Below are positions 12,985 through 25,370 of a DNA stretch of 64,000 nucleotides, piece after piece (position 1 is the stretch's first letter; the number at the start of each line of letters is the position of its first letter). The position numbers and the translations under genes are program-made. Source of the DNA: Ascidiella aspersa (lineage: Eukaryota). The notes beneath the pieces are model-generated. The model saw nothing but the letters and a program-made list of their open reading frames with translations, ran no database searches and was not told the origin of the DNA. Location of the stretch: NCBI GenBank assembly GCA_963924565.1, contig OZ004610.1:25792001-25856000 (forward strand), in the 5' to 3' direction.

Positions 12985-15900
12985 TAGTGATGTCCGATAA
13001 TAACGAATTGGTTTTGATACCAGATACAAAGTGTCAGTATCGGCACTCGTCCGGTACTACATTTTATCGGAGCGATGCGATACCAAAGATATAAAATGAC
13101 TTCAGCCATTATTAGTTATTTAACGCAGTGATTTGTAGTTTAAAAGGTAAATTTACCAAAACACAGTGGGACAACTATCTATAGGTAACAGTATCAGCAC
13201 TCGTCCGGTACTACATTTTATCGGAGCGATGCGATACCAAAGATATAAAATGACTTCAGCCATTATTAGTTATTTAACGCAGTGATTTGTAGTTTAAAAG
13301 GTAAATTTACCAAAACACAGTGGGACAACTATCTATAGGTAACAGTATCAGCACTCGTCCGGTACTACATTTTATCGGAGCGATGCGATACCAAAGATAT
13401 AAAATGACCTCAGCCATGATTAGTTATTTAACGCAGTGATTTGTAGTTTAAAAGGTAAATTTACCAAAACACAGTGGGACAACTATCTATAGGTAACAGT
13501 ATCGGCACTCGTCCGGTACTACATTTTATCGGAGCGATGCGATACCAAAGATATAAAATGACTTCAGCCATTATTAGTTATTTAACGCAGTGATTTGTAG
13601 TTTAAAAGGTAAATTTACCAAAACACAGTGGGACAACTATCTATAGGTAACAGTATCGGCACTCGTCCGGTACTACATTTTATCGGAGCGATGCGATACC
13701 AAAGATATAAAATGACTTCAGCCATTATTAGTTATTTAACGCAGTGATTTGTAGTTTAAAAGGTAAATTTACCAAAACACAGTGGGACAACTATCTATAG
13801 GTAACAGTATCAGCACTCGTCCGGTACTACATTTTATCGGAGCGATGCGATACCAAAGATATAAAATGACTTCAGCCATTATTAGTTATTTAACGCAGTG
13901 ATTTGTAGTTTAAAAGGTAAATTTACCAAAACACAGTGGGACAACTATCTATAGGTAACAGTATCAGCACTCGTCCGGTACTACATTTTATCGGAGCGAT
14001 GCGATACCAAAGATATAAAATGACTTCAGCCATTATTAGTTATTTAACGCAGTGATTTGTAGTTTAAAAGGTAAATTTACCAAAACACAGTGGGACAACT
14101 ATCTATAGGTAACAGTATCAGCACTCGTCCGGTACTACATTTTATCGGAGCGATGCGATACCAAAGATATAAAATGACTTCAGCCATTATTAGTTATTTA
14201 ACGCAGTGATTTGTAGTTTAAAAGGTAAATTTACCAAAACACAGTGGGACAACTATCTATAGGTAACAGTATCAGCACTCGTCCGGTACTACATTTTATC
14301 GGAGCGATGCGATACCAAAGATATAAAATGACTTCAGCCATTATTAGTTATTTAACGCAGTGATTTGTAGTTTAAAAGGTAAATTTACCAAAACACAGTG
14401 GGACAACTATCTATAGGTAACAGTATCGGCACTCGTCCGGTACTACATTTTATCGGAGCGATGCGATACCAAAGATATAAAATGACTTCAGCCATTATTA
14501 GTTATTTAACGCAGTGATTTGTAGTTTAAAAGGTAAATTTACCAAAACACAGTGGGACAACTATCTATAGGTAACAGTATCGGCACTCGTCCGGTACTAC
14601 ATTTTATCGGAGCGATGCGATACCAAAGATATAAAATGACTTCAGCCATTATTAGTTATTTAACGCAGTGATTTGTAGTTTAAAAGGTAAATTTACCAAA
14701 ACACAGTGGGACAACTATCTATAGGTAACAGTATCAGCACTCGTCCGGTACTACATTTTATCGGAGCGATGTGATACCAAAGATATAAAATGACCTCAGC
14801 CATTATTAGTTATTTAACGCAGTGATTTGTAGTTTAAAAGGTAAATTTACCAAAACACAGTGGGACAACTATCTCTAGGTAACAGTATCGGCACTCGTCC
14901 GGTACTACATTTTATCGGAGCGATGTGATACCAAAGATATAAAATGACCTCAGCCATGATTAGTTATTTAACGCAGTGATTTGTAGTTTAAAAGGTAAAT
15001 TTACCAAAACACAGTGGGACAACTATCTATAGGTAACAGTATCAGCACTCGTCCGGTACTACATTTTATCGGAGCGATGCGATACCAAAGATATAAAATG
15101 ACTTCAGCCATTATTAGTTATTTAACGCAGTGATTTGTAGTTTAAAAGGTAAATTTACCAAAACACAGTGGGACAACTATCTCTAGGTAACAGTATCGGC
15201 ACTCGTCCGGTACTACATTTTATCGGAGCGATGCGATACCAAAGATATAAAATGACTTCAGCCATTATTAGTTATTTAACGCAGTGATTTGTAGTTTAAA
15301 AGGTAAATTTACCAAAACACAGTGGGACAACTATCTATAGGTAACAGTATCGGCACTCGTCCGGTACTACATTTTATCGGAGCGATGCGATACCAAAGAT
15401 ATAAAATGACTTCAGCCATTATTAGTTATTTAACGCAGTGATTTGTAGTTTAAAAGGTAAATTTACCAAAACACAGTGGGACAACTATCTATAGGTAACA
15501 GTATCAGCACTCGTCCGGTACTACATTTTATCGGAGCGATGTGATACCAAAGATATAAAATGACCTCAGCCATTATTAGTTATTTAACGCAGTGATTTGT
15601 AGTTTAAAAGGTAAATTTACCAAAACACAGTGGGACAACTATCTCTAGGTAACAGTATCGGCACTCGTCCGGTACTACATTTTATCGGAGCGATGTGATA
15701 CCAAAGATATAAAATGACCTCAGCCATGATTAGTTATTTAACGCAGTGATTTGTAGTTTAAAAGGTAAATTTACCAAAACACAGTGGGACAACTATCTAT
15801 AGGTAACAGTATCAGCACTCGTCCGGTACTACATTTTATCGGAGCGATGCGATACCAAAGATATAAAATGACTTCAGCCATTATTAGTTATTTAACGCAG

Positions 15901-16321
15901 TGATTTGTAGTTTAAAAGGTAAATTTACCAAAACACAGTGGGACAACTATCTATAGGTAACAGTATCAGCACTCGTCCGGTACTACATTTTATCGGAGCG
16001 ATGTGATACCAAAGATATAAAATGACTTCAGCCATTATTAGTTATTTAACGCAGTGATTTCTAGTTTAAAAGGTAAATTTACCAAACCACAGTGGGACAA
16101 CTATCTATAGGTAACTGAACATTTCAAACGCTCAACAAAATTTTGCCTATATAATCCCGTCAAAAATACTATTGGACTTTTTAAATTTTTTAAATTTGCT
16201 TATTTGATAAATATGCTTTATTTGACTAAAGGAGTTTTTTGGTATCCGATGGAATTAGAATACGTTTGCTATAAAATATATCGGTATCAAAATGAAATGT
16301 CAAGTATAGCGAACATTCCTA
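12985..16321. mobile_element. MITE (TAGGGATGTCCGAT family) expanded by the 154-bp array
   Basis: Left end TAGTGATGTCCGATAAT and right end AAGTATAGCGAACATTCCTA match the shorter copies at 52271-52638 and 31826-32220. Confidence 0.8.
13035..16114. repeat. Tandem array, 20 x 154 bp
   Basis: Unit CAGTATC(G/A)GCACTCGTCCGG...CTATCTATAGGTAA with period 154; 3080 bp equals exactly 20 units. Only a few variable sites. Confidence 0.98.
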
Positions 16322-16353
16322 TCCTTGCAATAACGGAAATCGTGACCATAAGG

Positions 16354-16680
16354 CAGTGCTTCTCAACCTATGGGTCGCGACACAAAATTAGGTCGCTGTT
16401 TGATTTGGTCGCCGACCGCAGTAGCTCACATGTTTATACTAATTGAGATTGGTTCTGAGCGAAATTTTCAATAAAGAAAATTAAGGAAGCAATACAAAAA
16501 ATGTCTTGTAATAATTATTCAAATTCGAAATTCTTTATGCTAATGCCTGTTTTTTGTTCGCCTACAAGAAGTTAGTTTTCATTTTGCTTACAAGAAAAAA
16601 AGTTGGGTCACCAAAGCTTAGTTGTCATATACTTACGCTTAATATTTGGGTCGCCATGAAAAAAAGGTTGAGAAGCACTG
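16354..16680. mobile_element. hAT MITE
   Basis: TIR CAGTGCTTCTCAACCT / AGGTTGAGAAGCACTG; perfect 8-bp TSD CCATAAGG. Confidence 0.93.
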
Positions 16681-17264
16681 CCATAAGGTGTCGCACTTGA
16701 CACTTAGGACACATATTTATGGTTTTACATCTTAGCTTTTTTAATCTAAGCGATGTTTGCACTTCCAATCCTGACAGCATACCACATTGCTACACGAAGT
16801 GGCAACACTTCGCAAGCTCTTAAAGCTATCGTGGTGATTCAAGATTTAGGGTCTTCGGGCCTAAACCCACTGCTTACAATGCTTTTGTGTGGAGTCTAGA
16901 CTGACCGGTCTTGATCAAATGTCCGCTAAATTTAGATTTTCCCAAATCGAACACCGAGTTATTTGTGTCCATTACTACCCGATGAACCAAAGTACCAACT
17001 ATACTCGAACTGGGCAGGAGTATTTTGATTATTTTTTACTAAGCAGAGTTCAATTAATTTATAGCAACTTGTTTATAACACTGATGCCAGCCACGTTCTG
17101 TCCTTGACTATCATAAACAAGAGTGCGAGACGAATGAAATTTTGCGAAGTTATTAAGCGATGTACGAAACACGAACATATTTTATATAGGCTACATGTAT
17201 TCTTGCTCTTTCCGGCATGACAAGTCGCTGGTGATGTTTGTTGTTTTGAAACAAAACTGCCTCT

Positions 17265-20200
17265 TTACTGTCGTTTAAAGGTTCGTTTGAAAGTCACGTT
17301 CGCCAAAGAAAGGACCTATAAAAAATACTAATTAAATATTTTTAATTTGTGATAAAACATTCAGAATAATAAAATACACTTTAAGAGAAACAGTTTTTAT
17401 ATAGATGTAAAAACTATTGCCAAAAAGTCAATTTTAGATTAATATATGAAATGATAGATTTTTAAGTGTCTAACAACAACGTGTTCTATTTTGGGGTTCT
17501 AGGGGAATACTTTCCCACAAATACCCCGTTGAACAATATTTTTCGAGCATGAAATATTTCTTGAACGACCATTGACCATGCCCATGGACAATTTATTTTT
17601 TTATTCGTAAATATATGTCACCCCACCACAGTTGCGCCGCCATTTGTTTTTAAAATTCGTTTACTATCCATCCAATAGATTCTTTGCTTATTTCCCGTCA
17701 TAAATATTGAACGCTATTAAAAAATACTTAATAAAAAATGCAAGCGTTGGAAGACGAAACAGTCGTAAAACGTGAGGGCGCAGCAAATCTGACAAATTCT
17801 CCCCATTGTACAACAATTTTTGGAGAGAGAATAACACCAAAAAGTACGTGAATTCTCCTTGCCGCAAACTTTTAAGACGATAAAAAACGCCTTTTTTTAA
17901 TTCATACGTTAGTAGTTGGTAACCTTTATTCATTGGCTGGGGCGGATCTAGAAATTTTGTTAGGCGAAAGCGGGAAATTTTTTTTTTAGATATGATGTCA
18001 CAAAGTTACGTCATGCTGTGACCGTTTGATTTTTGTGTAACTTTTGTTGCATTGGTCGGAGTTTATAAATGGGAGATTAGTCATTATAATTGGGGGAACA
18101 CTGCACATTACCACGGCATATATTAAAAAAAAGCAAGAAATTGCCGCGTTTTCGAGGAGGTTTTTGCTGTGTTCATACGCCACGGCTTCACAAATTTTTT
18201 TGAGAACATGAGATCTTAAATTAACCTCCCAGTTGTTTTAAAACCGGGCATCAACTGCTGCCTGACACAGTCCAAAGCCTAACAGAAATAACATTGCAGG
18301 AATTATTAGGATATAGAGAACATTGTAACTAAATATAGGTATTTAAATTCCAAAGCATAATTGCCCAAACGTATCGCCGTTCGCAACCGACTTTTCAGGC
18401 GTGCCGAGACCTGGCCGCCTGCCCATGTTCCTTACGTCATAAAGCAGGTCACCGTCCACCTCACGACACGCTTGAATGGTGGCGCCGGGCACTTGATATT
18501 CGCCGAGCAGTTTTTCTCCCTCCAGCCGGACAACCGTCTGCGAAAAGATTCCGATCCTATGGTCAGTTCTTTATCCTTGTTATTAGATAATCTAACATCA
18601 AAGCTGATAGTCGATATCAGTTTCTAATATGGGATAACTTTCAGATCTAGGGATATCCGATGCTTGACACTATATTCCGTAACCGATACCCAATATTTTG
18701 GAAAAGGAGGATCACGATTCGACCCAATACTAAATGAAGTCACTTCCTTGCTGAAACAAGGAAATTAGATAAAATTGAAACGTCGAAAGGACTTTGTCGG
18801 CAGTTGTTACCGTACAATATATCTTTAAACGAATTTACCGTTTAACGTATAGAATTACAGCGTTGTATCGCAAATCATGGATAAAATTGTTATATTAATT
18901 TGATATCGGTTCGGCGCCGATACCAACCTATAGCATCCGATAAGTACCGATACTACTATTTTGCACGGTGTCGGCTCCGATCCGATATTATCTGACATTC
19001 CTGTAGCCCGATCCGTTTTTGTGGTATATCCAAACAAAGTATAGGGCTGTCATAATAAGCGATCAAACGCTTTTAATTAGTTGACTTGTTATAGTGAAGC
19101 AAGCTAAGGAAAGCAAAACTTCTGCAATTTTTCGCCTTGCTTGCTTGTCCCACACTCTAAGTAGGTCGACTGAATACGGTAAAACTATTTTAAAGGCTAC
19201 AAATGAACTACTAGTGTTCATTACTACTTTTTTCAAGCAATGACTTGATGCTTTACTTTAATCCTAGTTGGATCCACAGATTTCGCTAAAGCTATTCCAA
19301 AAACACCCAGGTCTGCGTCTACAACAGTGGTTCTCAAAGTAGTTTAACTTGCGGGACTAAAAAAATTTTAAAATTTCGTGCCACACTTGAACAGAAAACA
19401 TAGTAGCTTTACAGTCTCCCTCAACACACGAAAACTTTATGCAAACGTATTAATATTATCAGTTTTTTAATCGATAGTGCGTATTCAAGTCTAAAATAAT
19501 TGCGTAACTTATTTTCGAAATTTACTAATAGTTGTACGGCATCCTCAACAATCGTTAAAGTCACACAGTTTGAAAATCACCGGTCTAGAATATTGACATG
19601 TTGTCTACACTACGTCACAAGGACTGAATGTGGCGAGTTGTGAATTAAGCAGGGGTCATCCTAATAACAAGTTAAAGTAAAAATATGCAAATCCAGCTTC
19701 ATAATGCAAACTAAAATTGAAAATGAAATTACTGTGATGCTATTTACCTCCATTTGCTTTTTTCCGGGTCCGGTGATTTTTGCCGGCTTCCCGATTTCGA
19801 ACTTGTCGATCCAAGACTGCGGCCCAGTGCTGGTTTCCACCGTAAAGTGGTCGCCGTTTTGCTCTATGCGGAGAATAACCGGGGCGCTTTTGCCTGCCTG
19901 TACATAATTTGCTGGCACGCCTGTCAAAAAAGTTATTACCGGTATTGTGAAAAAGAGTACCTTTTCATAAAGAGTACCTTTTCACAAATTTAACGTGCAA
20001 AAATCTAATGTTATTCAGGTTATTGGGCTAAAATTAACTTTACAATAAAAACTTTATTCTTCTTTAATTGGTAATTTACTACCTTTTTAGAAATCGCTAA
20101 AAAACAGATATCGCCTAAAATCACGTTGAATTTGCTACATTAACAGGGTTAAAGTTTGTTCCGTTCCACGCCTGCTGATTTTACATTGAACCTGCAATCG

Positions 20201-20317
20201 TGATGAACTAAAGGTTATCTGACGCACTAAGGCAATTAGGTGTCACTCACCCATAAGAGTCATGAAGGCTTCGTATCCTTCTTGGTCCGAAAGATTCCAA
20301 GTACCGGAAAAGCTCAT
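17265..20317 (-). CDS. Fatty acid-binding / intracellular lipid-binding protein (iLBP), 4 exons, 130 aa
   Basis: Exons 20317-20251 (67 nt), 19920-19748 (173), 18537-18436 (102) and 17315-17265 (51), the canonical iLBP four-exon layout. N-terminus MSFSGTWNL (GxW), internal FEIGKP, C-terminus FKRTFKRQ. Subfamily not assignable by eye. Confidence 0.94.
18648..19003. mobile_element. MITE (TAGGGATG family), reverse orientation, FABP intron 2
   Basis: TAGGGATATCCGATGCTTGACA ... ATATTATCTGACATTCCTG. Confidence 0.75.
19325..19582. mobile_element. hAT MITE
   Basis: CAGTGGTTCTCAAA / TTTGAAAATCACCG; TSD gtctacaa/gtctagaa. Confidence 0.8.
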
Positions 20318-21516
20318 GGTTGTCCCTAACTTGCCTGCGAAGTCTAGACACGCACAGTGCAAGGGTTAATGAGAGTCAGGGTAAGGTCACGACAGTCATG
20401 TGTAATGCGGTCATAGCGTGATCGCTTGTTTTATAATATTTAAATAAGATCTTTAAGTTGTGTCAGAACTAAAATGAACCGCGTTTTTGGGCAAACTTAC
20501 ACTACCATCATTTTACAGCCTTTAATCTATTGTATTTAAAAGTGGAACTTTACAAAAACGAAAAATTAGCAGTGCAACTCGTTTTATTTAACCTGACTGT
20601 ATCGCGCGCCAATTATAAGCGCGAAATGTTTTGAATTTTTCCAATACCTTATTAGTATTACAAGTTTGCATGCAGCCAAAAATGCAAAACCTTGGATGTA
20701 TTGTACACTGTCTATGAGATAACTAATACTATTATAGTATTTAGTTTCTACCTTTCTGTGCAGTTAGGGTAATTGTTAATTGCAATTGTAGGCCTACTGC
20801 TTATTACAAAGTGTACACGAGTTTCGTTTTATTTTCTGATGTGCCGCAGTCAGAAAATGCTTGAGAATCACCACTGACTTTTCTAATTCACCTAAATTCA
20901 ATGTCTAATTAAGTCGATGTTTTTCTCCATCTAATTGTTTCGCGACGACCCAAATCCTACACGTAGGTATAACACTGAAGCTTACCAAACAAAACTAACT
21001 GAAATTTTGTAAAAGAACAAAACATAAGACAAATGGCATAAATAACTTCTAATTTAATTAATAGGACTTATTTCTTCGTATTTTCGCTAACAGTGTTTTC
21101 AATATTTTAACAATCTTGCTCAGAATCAATCTTAACCGATCTACCTATGTGAGCTACTGCAGTCGGCGACCCAACAAAATAAGGCGGCGTCGCAACCTAC
21201 AGGTTGAGAAACGTTGAATTAACTAATGGGAAACACTAACTAAAATTGTTTTCGAATAAACTGAAGCTATATTGACAACGCCGTACCCAATGAAACATAA
21301 CTTGCAGACACCTCCTTTAAAGAGCTGGTGCAACAAAATTTCCGCTCACTAAAATTTCCAGCCTAAATTGTGCTCTGTCAGCACTTTTACCCAGCAAAGC
21401 AAAAATTACCTCTATCTTGCGGGACGAAAGACACAAGAATCAAGGCCCACCAGTCGAGCGCGGCTTGGCTGACTCGCCTACTTCACTTGGGACCCGCGAA
21501 GCTAGTTTTTTGGCGG

Positions 21517-21533
21517 TGACCTTATGCTGACCC
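21517..21533 (-). promoter_or_regulatory. DR5 nuclear-receptor element (RARE consensus)
   Basis: Minus strand GGGTCA-gcata-AGGTCA, in a GC-richer repeat-free block 1.2 kb upstream of the FABP ATG. Confidence 0.55.
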
Positions 21534-23899
21534 GTTTGATGGCTTTTTCTGCTGTCTGTCTCGGCAGCGATTTTTTGGGCCACTCGCCGCTTTGAAGCAC
21601 CGAGCCAATATTTCTGGTTGGCATAGCTGTAAAGCTTTTTTTACCCTTTTGGGGCCTTTTAGTTTCGTCGGTAAGTTCTGTTGCTATTCATCGGGTTGGA
21701 AATGAGAAAATTTTGACTTTGCACTTTCGTAATGTTTTAGTTCAAACCTCCTTCTGTGAAACATATTGACTCTCGTGCTGGTTGTTTGGAACATCTAGCT
21801 ACAAGGTTTTGCCAAAAAAGTTTGTCAAGAAGAAAGGGTAAAAAATCGATTTAAAACTATATTCGTCGACGCTAATGAGTTTAGCCCCAACAAACCATAA
21901 GTGCTTCAGAGTCGGAGTCGGCACGACTTTTTATCAAAATCCTAGCCAATCACTTAAATGTGACCCATTGCTATTGCCTTGATGAATGACGGTGCCAACA
22001 GAGATTAAACAGCAATAAATCCAGGCAAATCGTCTAATTCAAACGTCGTGAGGTAAATACCATTAAGTATATTAAAAACTGTTTTCAACTCTAATGATAG
22101 CGTTATTCTGACTTCGTAAGATTTGTTAATCGTCCTCGACTGTTAGTTTTAGTTTAAACTAAGATGTTTTAATTGAAATCTGCCGTTTAAGTTTACTATA
22201 GGCTCTTGGTGACCACTCAATTTTGGCTGTGGATCTGGGATATAAAATTTCTGCTGTGAAAAGCGAAAGGTGTGAAGGAAAATTAAAAGGTAATTATATC
22301 AACAACAAAACAGGTCGAAAAATAGGCACTCTACCAAGTGTCAATACCTTATTCAAGATTTTCTACCAAAATTGTTGGAAGGATCGATAATTGTGACTTG
22401 ACCGGAATGCTAACCTGTCACCACAGCACGACTTGCCATTTTAAACGCTGTGTGTTCATGTTTAACTAACAGCAACACCACTACGAACGTACTTGTTTGT
22501 AAAAGGGATATCGGATAATATCGGGTCGGAGTCGATCCCTAATATCGAGTGGTAGTATAAATACTACTCCGACACTATCGGATGGTACTACTGTCGATTT
22601 TAGAAAGGGCTATAAATTATTTATCAATCGAAAGTAAATCTATAGGCTTTTAAACGAGGTAGCGATTTTTGACACAACATAATACCGCTTCGTAGGCCAT
22701 TATACAATTGAATTTTTTGTAATTTTGCATATATAACCAAAGTACTGACGTCATTTGGCAAAAGTTTTACAATAAAATACGAACATGCAACCTATCGCAA
22801 TTAAACTTTCGAAGTGCACACAAATAATATCTACCAAATATAAACGGGGTACGCCGCTAGACAAAAAACAACTAGCCAAATACATATTGTATACCAGGTA
22901 TAGGATATCTCATGAAAACTTTCGGACCCTTGCCAAATCCATATCTGGTGTTTAAAGTGTAACGCTGTTTTTGTATTGTTTCTCTAGCAAAAGGCTGTTA
23001 CGACTTGGTACAAACCTAATTTAACTGTCCAACTTCGCCTGAATCGAAATATATTCGACGCACACAAGTGTAAGCAATGATTCCTGTTGGATGTGTTTAC
23101 AAATGGCTGCACACTTCCGTTGGTAGCTGGCTTTTAACCGTTCCATCGTTTATCGCTGTATGTTTCGCAATACTAGACTAACAGAGCTTTTTGTTAAATT
23201 GCACCCTACTCTCACCGACTTCGAAAAATAAGTTTCGCACACAGTTTTGGTACAGCTAAAATACTTTTTATTTAATAAACGCTTTTCGCCAATTATAACA
23301 GTAGTGGCTGTTCCTTAGCGAATATATTTAGATCTTTTGCGAGGTTATACAAACCACGCTTTTTATTGTTTACTTTGCTAGGATTTCACACATTCTGGAA
23401 AGCAGGCTGCGGTTTCTAAATGTAGTCTACACATACTGCAAGCACAACGACAACGGTTGTTACCAAACCAATGCTCAATGCAACACGCGTTTGACTCGTA
23501 CACCGAATCGAATGCAAAGATCTAAGAGCGAAATTTGATTAAATATTACCAGGACAGCTAAACTGATTTGCTGATTAGACTCCGCCAGTCTAAATCATCT
23601 TTCAACACAGTGATGACGCAATAAGCAAGTCGAAGGCCGATCCTGGCAATTGCCCCAGCGCTCTGTTAACTAACATCAGCGCTTAAGCTTCATCATCATC
23701 ATAGAATGCATGGTCTGATCCGCTCGGGCCTATAATCGCCCAATAAAACGCGCTGCTATTTTGGCGCATTACGCGGCTCCCGGACAAATTGGACACTTTA
23801 ATCTCTAGCGTGCCGAAAACCGCAAGTCCTAACCCCGGCGGGGCCGCGTCCAACATCGACGAGCATCTGTCGTCGGGCAGCTTTTTTCTGTATCTAAAA

Positions 23900-24230
23900 C
23901 AGGGGTACTTAAACTGGAGTCCAGGAACCCCTTGGGGGTCCGTGAACTAGTTTTAGGGGGTCCATGAAGGCCTAATTGAAATATTAGTGTATTATTTAAG
24001 AAGGTATCAATTAAAAAAAAAAATTATTAAAAATAAAACGTTTTATCACTTGAACGTATTTAAACTCTATTTAACTTTTTTTTTCGAAATCAGTATATTT
24101 CTGAAGACTACTTGTATTGTGACGTCAATTTATGACGTCATTTTTGAAAAAATCTTGCCTAACGTGATGGTCCACGCGAAGCAAAACTAAATTTAAGGGG
24201 TCCGCCGTAAAAAAAGTTTAAGAAACCCTG
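23900..24230. mobile_element. hAT MITE
   Basis: CAGGGGTACTTAAACT / AGTTTAAGAAACCCTG; TSD atctaaaa/ctctaaaa; subterminal GGGGTCC motifs. Confidence 0.85.
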
Positions 24231-24880
24231 CTCTAAAAGTTTATATTAGACCTATAAACCGCAAAGTTTGAAAAATATGTCACCAATGCGATTAATCCAA
24301 TTGTACAAGTCCAAAAATTCCTCATATTAAAGAGCGTGGAATGTAGAGAAGCCGATAAATTTGTTGACATAAATTTAGAGACGGAGCTAATTCTAATATT
24401 ATTGTGAAACTATTATACTGATTTGGTTCTCAATTATTTGAAACACAACTTTTGAAAAAAAAAAACGGGGTACACCGCTAGACAACTAACACACCACTGG
24501 CCAATAACATTCATCGCTGTTCCAAGTATCGTAAATGCAGATTTATAACTCTCGGTTCGTTTATAAACCTACAGTTTGACAGGCAGTTTTGGTCTGGAAG
24601 ATCTTTGATTTTTGCAATATTGGCATTCTCATAACGATATCCGATATTTTTGGACAAAAAGTATCGCGATCCCATTCGATACCAAATGACGTCATTACTT
24701 TGCTTAAACAGGGAAAATACACGGAATTGCAACGATCGAAGGCAATATTGTCAGGTTTTTACAAAAAAAAATTCTTCAGCGTTATCCCCAGGTGTTACAT
24801 TACTAAATTTTGGATAAAGTTACCATTCAAATTAGAATCATTGCGTTAGTTCGCAAATCATGCCTGAAATTCCTATACAT

Positions 24881-25370
24881 CAGTGGTTATCAACCTTTTT
24901 TTAACCGCGTACCACCTCGAGCTTCTATCGAGCTTCTTGTGGCGTACCCAAAAAATGTCGAAAAACTCAACTTTACTCAAAAAGTTTATAGGATTATTAA
25001 CAGGGGTGGATTAGCGAATTAGTTAGCCCGGAAATTTCAAAACAAATGCGGCCCACTACTCTGAAAAAAGTTTCCATTTTTTAACTTGCAAGATACTGGT
25101 CAAGTTTTGCGATTCTTTGTTATTTTGCTATGATGTTAAAAAATAAATTTGCATAGATGTTCCGGAAAGATAATAGTTCCTATATCGCTAAAGAAGCATA
25201 AAATATATAACTATACAATCATTATAATGAATGTATAGCTTATTACAATAAAAAAAAGTTTAACCTTTTTGGTAAACAATTTTGCTTAAAAACATACTGC
25301 GTACAGCGTACCACCCAAAATGACTTCGGGTACCACTCGTGGTGCGTGTACCACAGGTTGAGAATCACTG
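24881..25370. mobile_element. hAT MITE nested inside a TAGGGATG-family MITE
   Basis: CAGTGGTTATCAACCT / AGGTTGAGAATCACTG; perfect TSD CTATACAT. Confidence 0.92.

Noticed and set aside
12647-13109. 135-aa and 82-aa ORFs
   Set aside because: The longer one starts in MITE/array sequence; neither has recognisable motifs or splice partners.
13035-16114. CRISPR-like array
   Set aside because: Units are contiguous and near-identical with no unique spacers, there are no cas genes, and the context is eukaryotic.
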